64,000 bases of DNA, taken from Eledone cirrhosa. Its lineage: Eukaryota. Shown one piece after another: positions 1-14,501 of this stretch. The notes under the pieces are model-generated. The model saw nothing but the letters and a program-made list of their open reading frames with translations. It was not told the DNA's origin and did not search any database. The position numbers were made by a program, and so were the translations under genes. Numbering within the stretch: the first letter of the stretch is position 1; every line of letters begins with the position of its first letter. The stretch is taken from positions 53,568,001 through 53,632,000 of the forward strand of contig OZ024741.1 of assembly GCA_964016885.1 (NCBI GenBank), in the 5' to 3' direction.

Positions 1-156
1 AATGTTGATAATAATAAAGATTATAACGAAAATTTTCTCCTGGTGAGGCAGGTTTTATAGAAATAATTTCTCAATAAAAATACTCATGGGAAGGTAACTC
101 CCACAAACCACTCTTATGGAACAATGATACAAAACAATAATAAATGAAGAACTTAC

Positions 157-186
157 GGTGAAGGTCTCTCGCCGTGTGGAGCCTTC
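157..186 (-). other. candidate 30-nt microexon of an unidentified host gene
   Basis: Minus strand reads tttcttctgtttag|GAAGGCTCCACACGGCGAGAGACCTTCACC|gtaagt: pyrimidine tract plus AG, and a consensus donor. Length is a multiple of 3, with no stop in any frame. Confidence 0.4.
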
Positions 187-1280
187 CTAAACAGAAGAAA
201 CGATCTGACAATGGACAGTCGTTACCAAGCAACAGATTACGCAAAAATGTATGCGCAGCAAGACGCAATTGGAGGAAGGGAGAGTGAGCTGCTACAGTCA
301 TTGGATTTAATGAAAGAGAAAAATTGGAATGAAGCCGGATGTTTCATCAATTTTAATTAGGATTTTTCGTATTTCATTCTAAATTCTATGTACTTTGTTT
401 GCAACAACAGCGTTCCTAAATCGCTCTGTGTATAAACGTTTCGATGTCTTTACAGCCACAACTTCAGAATGTGTATCATGTACATCGGATCAGACCAAAC
501 AAACGGAACTTTGCTACCTCTTTCATCAAGAATGGAAATGAAAAACCTCGTGATAATGAAGAACTGAGGCAGTTTTTCATTTAAATGGTATTAACACTGA
601 TTTTATATGCACACACTGAAACAAAAAATTCCTAACAAAGACTGAACATAATAGAATCCAATTCCCATTTCCAATGCCTCAGTCTCTCTCGCTCTCTCCA
701 TCTCTCACTATTAAAAACATATAGGGACTCGTGCGCTAGTTGTACCGCGGCCCCGGCTGACAGAATAGAGAATAGAATTAGAATAGTTATACAAGTGGCT
801 ATTTGGACAAGAGCTTAGCCATGTTGGTAAATACTCCTGGGAGAAGAAAGAAATCATGGGCACTTAATTTATAGTACCTCAGTGGTTGGTGGCTGGCAGA
901 TAATATAATAGATATTGTGTCTGCTGTGTAAGTGTTAATTTAAAATAGGGCATTTGTCATTCGCTACACTTCCCTTGATACCTTGAAACAACTGATAATC
1001 ACGTGATCAATACATCAGTTTCCTGCCCCATTTGTTCCTGGGTATTGCGCTGTAAATGCCTTGTAATGTTAATAACCAACAAAGCAGGAATTTATGACAA
1101 GGAACTATGAAAAACCATTAATATAAATGATTAACGTGGAGCTCAGTCGTGTTTTCAATGAAACATGTTCCCTACTTATACATACATATGTATATACATA
1201 CATAAATTTAGAAATATATGCATATATATATATACTATATATATATATAAATGTATGTCTGTATATATATACATACACAA

Positions 1281-1334
<54 letters not shown>

Positions 1335-1910
1335 CGAAATATCCGTTTTGAATTACAAGTGCATTAGGAAATCGAACATTCTATACTTATGGACCTTATA
1401 TATATATTATATTATATTATATTGATATAATATAATAGCATAATTTGCTCAAATATAACCTAATACAATAGATTAAAAATTTCACGATATTTAATTGATC
1501 GCTTCTACCTGAATTAATATTTGAAAAAGACTGTCACGCATCATGTCCCTTCCTTCTTTCTTTTTTATTTCTTTTCCTTTACAGTTATGTATTCCATTCT
1601 CTATTACATCTCCTTCTTCTTACTTTTATCTTCATCTATTTAGGTTCTTCCCTCCCCTCTTATATTTAACACTCTCTCTCTCTTTTGTTTTTTCTCTAAC
1701 ACAGATATTTACGGGGTTATTTATGTCTTCTATATTTTCTCTTACTCACCCCCTCCTAAAACTTGTATATCGCTACATATCCCTCCCTCCATCACATTTA
1801 GTTTGTCATCTTATTACTTGTGGTATATAAATATTGAGTTTTGTTGTAATAAATCACTGCCAAGACTGAAATTGAACCATCAACACAGTTGAGGTATGTC
1901 AATTCATATA

Positions 1911-1972
1911 TTTTATCTGATGAGGACGTACTGAAAAAACAGCACAGTACCTCCGAAATATATATAATAAAA
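1911..1972 (+). ncRNA. type I hammerhead ribozyme motif (PLE pLTR remnant)
   Basis: ttttat CTGATGA gga(c)gtactg..cagtac(c)tcc GAAA tatata TA ataaaa: 6-bp helix I, long helix II, palindromic helix III. Confidence 0.8.
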
Positions 1973-2383
1973 CATATATTTTGATTATGTAAATGTCTCC
2001 ATTTATTAATATTTTGAATACTATATATATATATATATATAGGTGTGTGGTTGTGTGTGTGTGTGTGTTTGTGTGTGAGTGTGTACAATATTCTATTATT
2101 CTATTACGTGTTCTTGTATACATGTATGTGTATGTGCCTGTGGCGTTTGCCTAAATAACCATATGCAAATATCTCTATCTCTCTATATATGTACTGACAC
2201 CTGCATGGTATCCCACTCTCTCTCACACACACTCACACACCTTTATTCTCTTCTTGATAACTTCCTTTGTATATATTTCATACTCTCTCTATTCCATATT
2301 TCATTTTCACTTTCCTATTTCTTTTACGTGTAGGAGGAAACCTATATACATTACACAACAGGTATGTAGCGGGGATATATAAG

Positions 2384-2505
<122 letters not shown>

Positions 2506-3056
2506 AGGGCGCTTATGTATAAAAGTATATATATATATATATATTTGTAGTAGAAATGATGATAACTTATATACAAGAATGTAATTTCCTCACTAGCATC
2601 TTGTAATAGAGAATAGTGAGAAAGACCCTACAGAGAAAGATAGATTGAGAGAGAGAGAGCGAGAGAGAGGGGGAGAGAGTGAGAGAGAGAGAGGGAATGC
2701 GAAAGAGAGAAAGAGGGAAATACAAAATAAAATTAAAAAATATAGTAAATTGATAGGGAAAAGTAGGATAAATTTTATTAAAGAAGCGAACTATCAAGAA
2801 TCACGCCTGAGGATCACGTGAGATTACAACATGACTAAAATAATATGTTGCTGCTTTTTGATCCTGCAAAACGGATTCCATGTTATTTCCTAGTTATAGT
2901 TGGTACCGAGAGCACAGAGAGTGAAGCTGCTCATAACACATTAATTTCTTGTTTAGACACATGCAGGTTTGATATGCAAAACGCAGTTTCTCTATTTGTA
3001 ACAATGCGTACATTTGTCTGAGTGTTTGTATATATGCTTGTTAGAATGTGGTTATG

Positions 3057-3105
<49 letters not shown>

Positions 3106-3291
3106 GGACTGAGAGAGAGTGAGAGTTGAGTGTGTGTATGTAATATCTTTTTAGTTTACCAGCCGTTCTGTTAATAGATTCTTGAATATATAAATATGTT
3201 ATCTTGAATATGTAAGACATTACCGACAAGAGACATCAATATGTATGGGAATAGTAGTAGTAGTAGTAGTAGTAGTAGTATTGATGATAAT

Positions 3292-3482
3292 AATTGTTTC
3301 TACTTTTGGCACAAGGCCAGCAATTATCGCAGTGTATTACTGGTACTTTATTTTATCGACCCCGTAAGGATGAAAGGCAAAGTTAACCTCAACGGGATTT
3401 GAACTCAGATCATAAAGGGCCGTAACTCTATGCTGCAAAGGGTGATGTCCGACTTTTACCGATACTGCCAATCCACCATCCT
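3292..3482 (-). mobile_element. tRNA-derived SINE (family 1)
   Basis: Reverse complement of the SINE at 3803; adjoins a (TAG)n tract. An older copy follows at about 3500-3680. Confidence 0.85.
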
Positions 3483-3802
3483 AGTATTGATGATAATAAT
3501 GATTTCTACATTAGGCCAGAAATTTAGGGGCGTGGGGAAAGCTGATTATACCGACCCTAGTTCTTTATTGGTACTTTATTTTACGGACACCGAAGGATGA
3601 AAGGCACAGTTGACTTTAGTGGGATCGAACTCAGAATGTATACACAGAACAAATACTGCTAAGTATTTTTCTGATGACTCTAGTTTAGGGCACAGGTGTC
3701 CATACATTACATTCAATACTAAACGCTACATGCAAAACGATTAAAAGGCAATAATACGATAAACGGAAGATGAACCGAAAACATTATATATTAAAACAAA
3801 GA

Positions 3803-3988
3803 GGGCGGTGAATTGGCAGTATCGGTAGAGGGTCAGACATGCTTTCCAGCATAGTTACGTCCCTTTACGATCTGAGTTCGAATCCCGCCGAGATTAACTT
3901 TGCCTTTCATCCATACAGAGGTCGATAAAATAAAGTACCAGTAATGTACTGGTTAATTGCTGGCCTTGTGCCAAAAGTAGAAACAATT
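3803..3988 (+). mobile_element. tRNA-derived SINE (family 1) with Meta/MESC-like central domain
   Basis: A-box-like TGGCAGTATCGG, B-box GAGTTCGAATCC, central gcctttcatcc..ggtcgataaaataaagtacc. Flanking direct repeat attatatattaaaacaa (TSD). More than 15 copies in the window. Confidence 0.9.
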
Positions 3989-5469
3989 ATATATTAAAAC
4001 AATTTAGAGTAACCACCCCACTCTACCCTAACCACCACACACACCTAGACCAGCTAAGTTTTAGATGTGATCGGGACTTCATACACATCTACGTATCTTC
4101 GGCTCTGGACACTACAATATGTTACTTCTGTTTCGTCCAAGGCAAGTTACTTCCAATTTTTTTTTGGTAACCATTAACTGTTTGTAGACTATTGTGTTAT
4201 GTTATTTTTACTTCTAATCTATTATTTAGATTTTCCATATATTTAGATTCCATATTCTCAACCAGCAGCATTTTCCTATTGTAGTCTTGTGAGTCTTTTA
4301 GTAAAACTATAAAGCTACCATTGACAATTCGGAAAACCGTAAATTTAACACAATTCAAAACGTACGGTTTCTAACTTTTGCCTGCAGTCTTTGCTCAGTT
4401 TTTTCTCTTTCTTCCTTTTTATAAAGTATTGAACTGTATAGTCGTTAGTGTGTAAGATTAAATGCTTCGGTTTTGTTTCCGGATCACTGCACTCAGTGGT
4501 CAAATCCGGCCGAGGTTCGCTTTGCCTTTCATCATTTCGAGGTCGATAAATGAAGTATTAGTTCAATAATCACGTCGATTCTTCCTCTATCTCTCTTTTG
4601 TGCTCTCCCCTCCATATGAAATCAGTCATGTTGAGACATAGAAAGTGATGCACGCTAGCAGGTTTTAAATGCTCATGACACCCCGTAGTTCAGGACGACA
4701 ACCATACCACCCCATTGGTTGTTAAGGACCATTTTCTTTTCCATTCATTTCCTTCGTTTTTGTTTTTTTTTGTTAAACTGTCTTGACAATTTTCAACCTT
4801 TTCTCAGTAACCGTTGTCTCTCTATCAGCACAGCATTATCGAGAGGAGGAGAAGTTTGCTGTGTATAGATTTTAACTGGTCCTGTGTTGTAGTAGGAGAA
4901 TTAGGGATACTGGTACCTACTTTATCGTTAGCTCCCAGAGCTCCTGCTGGTATTGAAGACGAAGTAATTTCGTTTCTTTTGTTTGAGATATCCTCGGAAC
5001 TGTAACTGTTGGTGATTTGGAAACAACGATAGCTGTAGTGATAGCAATCACATCTGGGGCTTTTTTTTCCTATCCTACTCTGCACTTAATTAACCGATAC
5101 GTCTGTACTACTACATAGAAGAGAATCGACATTTAACATTCGATTAACTGTCCGATTAAGCTACTGCTTTCTCCCTATGTGGAATACAATTCGCGATAAC
5201 CTTGTCAACATCTCTATATATCACTACAATTATCAATTTTCCGTCTGAACTGCAGTACTCTGTAATGGAGAAAATCCTCCGCTTTTGGGTTGGCTAACTT
5301 ACGAGGTCATTGTCGATATATTTATTTTTGGGTGTGTTTGCGTGTATACATTTGCGTGAAGCAGTTTTCTTACATAAATTATCCAACTACATATAATTCA
5401 AATATAAGTCAACGAGGCAACTTGAAATGAAAATCTCAAGGAATTATATCTTTACCTCAAATCCTCCTC

Positions 5470-6150
5470 TGACCATGAAACTGACGATAGACCTGCAACT
5501 GGAAGGCGTGGGATGGACGCACAAGACTGCGTATTCCGAGATCCCAAAGAGAGTTCGGAAAGGAGCAATCAGTACCAATTGGAAGTTGGAAAATCTCAAC
5601 TCTACAGCTAAGGAGCAGGAACTAGTGGAGAAGGTTGGGATGCTACCTCTGGTAAGGAGAGAGAAATGACTGCACAGGCGGGAGTGGGGATGCTCAAAGT
5701 TCCCCGGTTGTCAAAATGTGTTATGGACTGGATCCCAATAGTAGGAAGATTTTGCCTCTTGAATCGTAGGCTGAAAGATAGGTCCTGTGGTTGGTGCAAA
5801 TTCATGCGCGAAACAAAGAATATGAATACAGATCCTCCCTTGATGATCTCACATTAGCGTTAGCTAGAGTTAAGACTGAGTTATATATCCTAATTGGAGA
5901 CTTCAATGTCCATGTTGGCACTGACCACCTGGCATAGGTAGGATTGATTGGAAGGAAGGGGGATCACGATCTAAATACCAAAGAAGAGGCCTTATTAGAC
6001 CTTTCTTCTAGTATTGGGTTTTCTATTATGAACAATTTTTTCCAGTACAGATGTGTTCAAACAGGAGGTCAAAGATGTCATCCGAGAAAAGAAGGAGGCT
6101 TACAAAGTCCTGGGTATCCAGGAAATTCGTACCTTTCACTTCAAAAAATC
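5470..6150 (+). pseudogene. decayed LINE apurinic-type endonuclease (APE) fragment, RTE/CR1-like
   Basis: Fragmented frames give AGVG.L, DWIPIVGRFCLL, ILIGDFNVHVG, IGRKGDHDLN and LLDL..SIMNNFF, typical of LINE APE domains. Contains stops and frameshifts. Confidence 0.75.
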
Positions 6151-6352
6151 TAAGGAGACTGAACTATGTGTTGATATAAACGCACATGTTACAGCGCCTA
6201 GCGCATCTCATACTCATGCCACTAAAAATAGCAGCCGGTTTTATGGGACTAAATTTAGCTCTACGTATGGAGCCGAGAATATCATATATTGAGTTAGAAA
6301 CTTTGAGTTTAAAAGACTCCAGTTGCATTTTCGATTTCATCTTTTTTCCTTA

Positions 6353-6384
<32 letters not shown>

Positions 6385-6585
6385 ACCCCGACGGTAGAGC
6401 CCAAGACGTTTCGACGGCTATCTCTGGAGTCGAGAAATAGCCGTCGATACGGCTCGAGCTCGGCCGTCGATACGGCTCGAGCTCGGCCGTCGGGGTTAAA
6501 CATTTTCCTATTACCCACACTACTACCCTAAGTATTGAGTAGTCTGGTGCTTTATGGTCCATAGATTCCTTACCACACTTACTTC
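6385..6585 (+). mobile_element. fold-back non-autonomous PLE-type element, family A (truncated within HHR helix II)
   Basis: Shares taccctaagtattgagta..atggtccat..ttccttaccac with six other copies. Short inverted arm; both flanks are (TA)n. Confidence 0.75.
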
Positions 6586-7090
6586 AATATATATATATAT
6601 ATATATATGGGGTGAGGTGATGTGTGTGCTTACGTATAGAAATGTGTGCGTGCTTGTATGTGTAATTGTGTATGTTAATAATACAATTACATACGTTAAA
6701 AAAATTTCAAAAGTATTCACAAAGCAATATATTTAAATGAAAAATTAAATTTGAAACGTTGTTGGACGAAATCACGGCTGCGGCTGAGTTATCTCTTGAC
6801 TCATATTTATTTAATCAATATAAACGTCCGTAAATAGTTTGTAAGCAATGCTAGAATAGCTGAACTATCTAGTGACCCTTGTAATTAAGAAACAAAAACA
6901 GGAGACAGAGGTTGAGAGAGACAGAGGGAGGTTGGGAGAGACAGGGGTAGGTAGAGGGAGGGTGTGAAAAACAGACAGCGATATATATATATATATAGTT
7001 ATTAACATACACACAAATATTTATATATATATATATATATATAATAAAGAGTAGTTAAGACGGGGTTACTTCATCCTAATTGCTTTATTG

Positions 7091-7175
<85 letters not shown>

Positions 7176-7302
7176 TAGATAGATAGATAGATAGAGAAGG
7201 AAAGAGAGTGTGTGAGATTTGTGCGTGTGTGTATGTGTGTGTGAGAGAGAGAGATAGATAGATAGATAGAGTGAGGGAGAGAGAGATATAGATAGATAGA
7301 TA

Positions 7303-7374
<72 letters not shown>

Positions 7375-8021
7375 AAGTGAGAAAGCTAAAAATAAAGCAG
7401 GGGAAAGGAGTTAAAAGAAGAAAAACATAGAAAAGGATGTAGAACAAGAACAGCTATTAACCGAATAATCATATATAAATTGATTTCGATAGAAATATGT
7501 ATATTAATAGAACTGTCAACAGAGCAGCTTTGTGACATACCGTCATATTCTGATCTCTATGAATATCAAAGAAACGTTTGTACCAAGGTTAAAAACTCCA
7601 CGTGAAGGTCATTCTGCCAAGGAAAACACACGCACACCTTATAGCTGTATTTCATTATTGTTTGTTTTATCCAACAGTATTTTTCTTACACATTTCTGTG
7701 ACATTTTCAATTGACTTTTATCCTGCAACTGATTTTCTTACTGTGTTTTTTATTTTTTTTATTTGTGTTGCTAAGCGTTATCTATGCAGCCCATCATACA
7801 TGTTATCAAGCTAATTACGTGCGTAGGCGTGTTTGTTTGCTTGTTTGCCTGTATGTGTATGTGCATTAATATAGTGTTAACTATATGTGGGTTATCATGT
7901 TTTAGTGCGTGTGTGACCCTCAAAGCATTTTGAGTTTAGAGTTTCAGCAGACTGTTTGAGAATTAAATCTTGCAAATCGAATACAATGTGTGATGACAAA
8001 GTATACAGCCATGCCATCAAG

Positions 8022-8200
8022 CAGATCTGCCAACCTCTAAAACTCAAACGGGGAGTACCATGAAAACTGGGAGAAATGGGGCAAAATGGGGAGATTTTAC
8101 ATAATGAAAGCTATATACATTTTCACAAGAGAAGACAACTCTCACCCAACCCAAAGTAGATGGGAGATCTCCCCGTCGGACGGGAAGACTTGACAGGTCA
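8022..8200. mobile_element. decayed MITE, possibly hAT-type
   Basis: Imperfect terminal inverted repeats cagatctgccaacctct / agacttgacaggtcag. Confidence 0.4.
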
Positions 8201-8408
8201 GATTATATAAATATGTTCTCAAAACAAATGCATGCTACCTAAGGTTTCAAACACCAACATAGACATTCTGAAGATAATTAAACTACCAGATATAGAATAC
8301 CTATGTCCTATGCTAATTGGTCTGTTTGCAACATTAGGTAGCATGAATTTATGTGGAGAACTTATTTATATAATATACACTTGTGTGTGTTTGTGTGTGT
8401 GTGTGTGT

Positions 8409-8504
<96 letters not shown>

Positions 8505-8944
8505 CCGTCGAATGTCCAAACACTTAAGCAAAATACTCAGGAAATCAAAGCCAATTTTAAACCAAACGCCTATATTGGATCTCAGACATCAACGATATGT
8601 CTTACTCTTATATTCCATATCCAAACACCGACATGTATGGGGGAGACAGATTTTTATCAAGTAGCAACTGCCATATTACACAGTTTCTCTATAATAATTA
8701 GTTACCAATAGTTGTTTTTTTTTATTTCGTAGTTTCATCAAACTAACGGCTTTCAAAAGCAGTGTGCTGAGATGAACCTATTGCTATATATGATTATAAA
8801 TAGCATATAATCCCTGAATGCTTAGTATATCTCTTCCACAAATACACAAAACAGAGAAGATAATTTGAGCTGTAACTGATTTCAGTATATATATATATAT
8901 AAATACACACACACACGCACACACAAATATATATGTAATATATA

Positions 8945-8995
<51 letters not shown>

Positions 8996-10725
8996 GATTT
9001 TCTTTATGAAAACATGTTTTACAGATCTTTGCTATTGTGCTTGAAATATTTAAACTCAATTACATTTGTGAGGATTTGTGTGTGAAGAGTAAATATATAT
9101 TCACGCTGTCGCCATCTAATGAATGCCTCCAATTAAAAAAGATATACATATGTAGTAAATTTAGTGTCTATTTTGAATAGCTACATTTACAAATAAAAAG
9201 AAAATGCCCTAACTATATTTACCATAATTTAAAGTAAAAATTAGTGTTAAAAGTAAAACATTATATATATTAACAGAAGGCATCTAAATTAGTCAAATCT
9301 TTTCAACTTTGATAATGTATGGCTGAAACCATATATGAATGTATATTTTGAAAGACACTTTGGTGTATGAACGAATTATCTTAACCACACACACTGTATT
9401 TTCTAAAAAAACACTAGCTTCAAGATAATTGTCATAAATTTATATCTTTAAAATTGTTTCTTTAATAATCTGAGCTTACCAAATACATTGACATAAGGTG
9501 TGTGAGCATACATATGCGTCCAAGTATGTGTGATTCTCTCTACTAAATTAACGTTGGGAGTATGAAGCAGTTATTTGAGGCTTTTCTGAAGAGGTGTGTT
9601 GAAACAGATATTGTAACAAATAGCAGGTTGACTGATAAAATGACAAGTCGGTCAATCATATTGGTGGCCTCCCCACAGCCCCGGTGGACAGAATGGAGAA
9701 GGCGTTTCCACGGAGGACGGCAGGGGAGACGCTCTGGAAGAGCCATTCCAACTCGCGAGGCTGTCATCTTAATTCATTTGAGTTTGTGATAGACCGTAGA
9801 ATAGAATGTTGTGTTGTATTCGTTCTAGCTCTTTACGCTCCAAGTTTTAGTCCAGCCGAAAATAACTTTACCTATCATTCATTTGGCGTTGGTTAAAATC
9901 TTTCAGTCCAGTACTGTACCCAATTCTTTTTTTCTATCATTTTCTTGTTTCCTTTCTTCCACTCTCTCCTTTTCTTTCTATAGAAGAAATTGGCTGTGTG
10001 GAGATCTAACGAGGGATTGAACTCTGCCAGATTTTAAATGTCCAGGATACGCGATATATCATAAAGGGGCTCCTATGATCCAATCAGGAGTTTATAGGTG
10101 GATGGATGGTTAGTGAGTGTGAATGGGGGAGGCATGAATGTTTTTGTCGGGTCATGTGTATGTGTAGTTGCTGAGTATCGTTATTGTCCATGTTGGCTAC
10201 GTTCATTTTCTTTCCCCTCAGTTTGTTGACCCGTCTATTTCATTACTTTTGAAATAGAATGGATGCGTCGGCAATGGTTTTAGACTTCTTGATGCAGACT
10301 TGTCAACCATCCTTCACCACCTTCTTTCACACAATCATATCCTCCCCACGATGTCTACACTATTTAAAATATCCCTCCTCAATTAATCCCCCCCCCCCCA
10401 CACTCCCTCCTTCACCTTAAGTCTGCCTTACCTATACTGTATCTGCTATTGAAATGTTGGTTCTTGTCTGATGACTCTGTGATAAACAGGCTACACTTCA
10501 GAGTAACAAGACTCTATTTAGCCTTAATAAAATGAGCATCAAAACTCTACTCCTTTATTGGGTACTCTTTTCTCTCAGCCGTCAACCGTATACGGATATA
10601 TATATATAAGTTTATACCGTGTTCAATTGGGGTAACCACAGTAAGTAATGTACTCAATACAAAACAAAGTATAAATATTTAATATAGAATGAAACAGTTC
10701 TGGTCCTGTAGAAGCCTTTCTATAT

Positions 10726-10768
<43 letters not shown>

Positions 10769-10953
10769 GTGTGCGTGTGTGTGTATGTGTGTATGTGTGT
10801 GTGTGTGTGTGGGTGTGTGATTTGAACTTTTCCGTGATATTGATTCTTCATTTGGGTCAGCTTGACCCACGCACTCTACGCACGCATACCCAAACATATT
10901 TAAAGGGCGCATATTCACACATACTCGCGTGCGCACACAAACACACTCACAGA

Positions 10954-11029
<76 letters not shown>

Positions 11030-11368
11030 CGTACACACTTTTAAATGGAGTTATAATGAAAGATAGATATAATGTGAAACATAGGGAAAGAGAGGGAGAG
11101 AGAGGGAGAGAGAGAGAGACAGAGAGAGAGAGAGAGGGAGAGAGAGGGAGGGGAAGGGGAGAGAGAAATAGAGAGAAATTAAGAGATAGATATGATAAAG
11201 ATCAATTGTATAAAAATCTCTACGAATACCGCCATCTTGTGCACTCACAACATTTCCTATCGGAACACCGTATGTAGTGTGAATAACATCAATAACAGCG
11301 ATAACAACAGAACATTTTCAATAACGTCAACAACCACAACTACTGTATCAAAATCAGATTATTATTCT

Positions 11369-11572
11369 TCGGTGATTGGCAGAATCGGTAGAGCGTCGGA
11401 CATCAAGCTTCGCAGCAAAGATTTACAAACCTTTATGATCTGAGTTCAAATCCAGCCGAGGTTATCTTTGCCTTTCATCCCTACAGGGTGGATAAATAAA
11501 GGACCAGTAATGCACTGAGGTCGATTTAATCGACTTTCCCAGCCCCAAACATTGTGCCTAAATCACAAACCA
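11369..11572 (+). mobile_element. SINE family 1
   Basis: A and B boxes and central domain as at 3803. Confidence 0.8.
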
Positions 11573-11967
11573 TTGTTAGAATCGATAGATCATTCTCCGT
11601 GTGAATTTATTTGTGGCATTTACACTCTGAGTTTAATACGATAAAGTAACTTTGAAGTATTGAGATAGCTACAATCGATTATCTCCCTTTATCAATTTTT
11701 CTGGTCATGTGATAATGTTAGAAAGAATAATTATAGTGTTTCCTTATTTAGGGCCAGCAGTTTTGTGGAAAGAGGAAAGATTATTTCATCTCCCCCCCCC
11801 CTTCATCGAGCTCGGGCTGGTGATAGTCAAAGTGAGGCTAGGCGGGATTTGAACGCAGAACATTGAAGAGACGGAAAAACACCGCGGATATTTGGTCCAC
11901 ACTGTAATGACTCTGCTACTTCACTAACATAGAGAGATAAATTATAATAATTTCTAGTAATTATTCT

Positions 11968-12354
11968 AGGCCAGTAATTTTGGGGGAGGGGAAAGTCGAT
12001 TAAACCGACTCCAGTACGTTACTGGTGCTTTATTTTATCGACCCCGTGAGGATGAAAGGCAAATTAACCTCGGCGGGATTTAAACTCGGACCGTTAAGGG
12101 CCATAACTCTATGCTGCAAAGCATGATGTCTGACACTCTATCGATACTGCCAATCTACCGCCCTCGAAAGATGAATTAAAATGATTTCTACTATAGGCAC
12201 AAGGCCAGTAATTTGGGGGAGGGGAAAGTCGATTAAATCGACTCCAGTTGTTACTGGTGCTTTATTTTATCGACCTCGTAAGGAGGAAAGGCCGTAACTC
12301 TATGCTGCAAAGCATGGCGTCCGACATTGCACCGATACTGCCAAACCACTACCC
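11968..12354 (-). mobile_element. two tandem SINE family 1 copies (second internally deleted)
   Basis: Copies at 11968-12163 and 12183-12354, each followed by cctcgaaagatgaatta. Confidence 0.8.
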
Positions 12355-12784
12355 TCGAAAGATGAATTATAATGCTAATAAGAACCATATAAATTAAAGA
12401 CGGCAACAACAGGAAGCTGTTTCTAATAGCAGAAAATATATATAATATATATGTGGTAAGTATAAATATTATTCTTACTGGAAGTAAGGAAAGATGAAAA
12501 AAATATTATCACGTAAAGTAATGGATTATGGTAAAACAACATCAGCGGCCATAACATTTGGTGCAATAACAACAGTAGCAACTATTGCATTATTGAATCA
12601 GTAATAGCAATAAAGCAGCAGCAGCAAAATCAACACAGAATAAACATCACAAGATTTTGTGTTTATGTGCGTGTATAAGTATACACAAAAACAGTAACGA
12701 ACCCACAAACGCACAAGCACACATAGATATGTATATATACAAACGTATGATTATAAATATATATATATATATATATATTAAATA

Positions 12785-12838
<54 letters not shown>

Positions 12839-12869
12839 CATATATATGTATGTGTGTGTGTGTATGTGT

Positions 12870-13328
12870 GAATTGATACTAATACGAAGGTTAACTTTCC
12901 ATAATTCCCTCTATTACATAATTAACCATGATATGCATATATGTGGTGTCATTATTAATTGTAATGTTGTCATTACGCAATTACTGACACGACATCTTCA
13001 GATACAATTATAAGTAATGCATTCATTACGTAATACAATTTTTTAGCCAATGTAACCTAAAGATGGACGTGTTTTCGATATGCTATTTCAAGAGTCTGTC
13101 TCAATATAGCAAGTTCGTCTCCTTATAGCAAGTCCATCTCCCTATCACTAGGTTTTATTGTATAAGAAATGTATTACATAATTAATATTTTAAATATGGT
13201 GCTGTATGAAGACGTCGTGTCAGTAATTGTGTGATGTAACTAATAACGACACCAGAGATATGAATATTACGTCAAATTAATTTAGAGAGGGAACAATGGA
13301 AATCTATCTTTCGTATTTTATCATTATT
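12870..13328. repeat. old fold-back inverted repeat (arms about 12870-13015 and 13195-13328)
   Basis: caattactgacacgac / gtcgtgtcagtaattg and ttccctct / agagggaa are complementary. A CTGAAGA core remnant lies on the minus strand near 12995-13001. Confidence 0.6.
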
Positions 13329-13796
13329 GTACGTATACTCCATCATGATCTAAGCTATATGATACTACATCAATATTAACAATGTACATGCGACTTTGCT
13401 GCCTTGGTATTAATTACATCCTTATTTACTGAGTGAGGACACAAAACTAACTCCAACTACCAATTAGAGGATCAGGTGGTGGCATTGAAATAGTACTAAC
13501 TTGTCTATCGTATTTCACCTACCGTGAGAAATACGACAATGCATCTCGTCAGGCGCTCCTACAGTCCCACTAATTAATACCATAGGGTGGTACTTTATTT
13601 AGGCTGAAAAAAAAAGCATGATAAGCAGTTAAACTTGGTGAGATTTGAACTCACACCGTAGAATGCCGGAACAAATATAGAAAATCCATCTTCCTTGGCA
13701 CTAATGTCTTAAAAACCTGACCGGTTATTTATCGTTGAAGTCAATGATGCTCATGTATTAATTGTTGTTGTTATTATGAATGTAGTGGATAATGAA

Positions 13797-14501
13797 GGGC
13801 GGTGGATTGGCAGTATCGATAGAGGGTCGGACGCCATACTTTGCAGCAAAGATTTACGGCCATTTATGGTCTTAGTTTATATTCGGCCAAGGTTAACTTT
13901 GCCTTTCATCCTTACGGTGTCGATAAAATAAAGTACCAGTAATACACTGGGATAATTGCTGGCCTTGTGCCAAAAGAAGAAACAGTTATTATGAATGTAG
14001 TGAGTGTTGTTATTAGTGTTGTTATTGTTAATTATGCAGTTAGGCCTGTTGTTGTTGGTGGTGGTCGTCGTCGTCGTGTTTAATAATATTAATTGTTTCT
14101 ACATTTGGCACAAGGCCAGCAATTATCCAGTGCATTACTGGTACTTTATTTTATCGACCTCATAAGGATGAAAGGCAAAGTTAACCTCGGCGGGATTTGA
14201 ACTCAGAATGGCAAGGGCCGTAACTCTATGCGTCAAAGCATGGCGTCTGACCCTCTACCGATACTGCCAATCCACCAATACAAATGTTAATACTGTTGTT
14301 AATATTGTTATTATCTATGTAGTCAATGGGCGATGGATTGGCAGTATCAGTAGAGGATCGGACGCCATTCTTTGCAGCATAGAGTTACGCCCCTTTACAT
14401 CCCAGGTTCACTTTGCCTTTCATCCTGACGGGGTCGATAAAATAAAGTACCAGTAATGCACTGAGATAATTGCTGGCCTTGTGCCAAAATAAGAAACAAT
14501 T
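13797..14501. mobile_element. cluster of three SINE family 1 copies (+13797-13986, -14091-14277, +14328-14501)
   Basis: Near full-length copies. TSDs gttattatgaatgtagtg and attatctatgtagt. Confidence 0.85.

Noticed and set aside
3803-3900. tRNA gene
   Set aside because: A and B boxes belong to SINE heads; no complete cloverleaf, and the sequence continues into SINE body.
4800-5320. Possible minus-strand coding exon (86-aa Ser/Thr-rich ORF)
   Set aside because: No recognisable domain and no convincing splice-site pair.
10462-10515. HHR-like CTGATGA ctctg..cagag
   Set aside because: The GAAA/helix III half is not intact. Similar partial cores near 435-470, 30200 and 37402-37470 were too degenerate to call.
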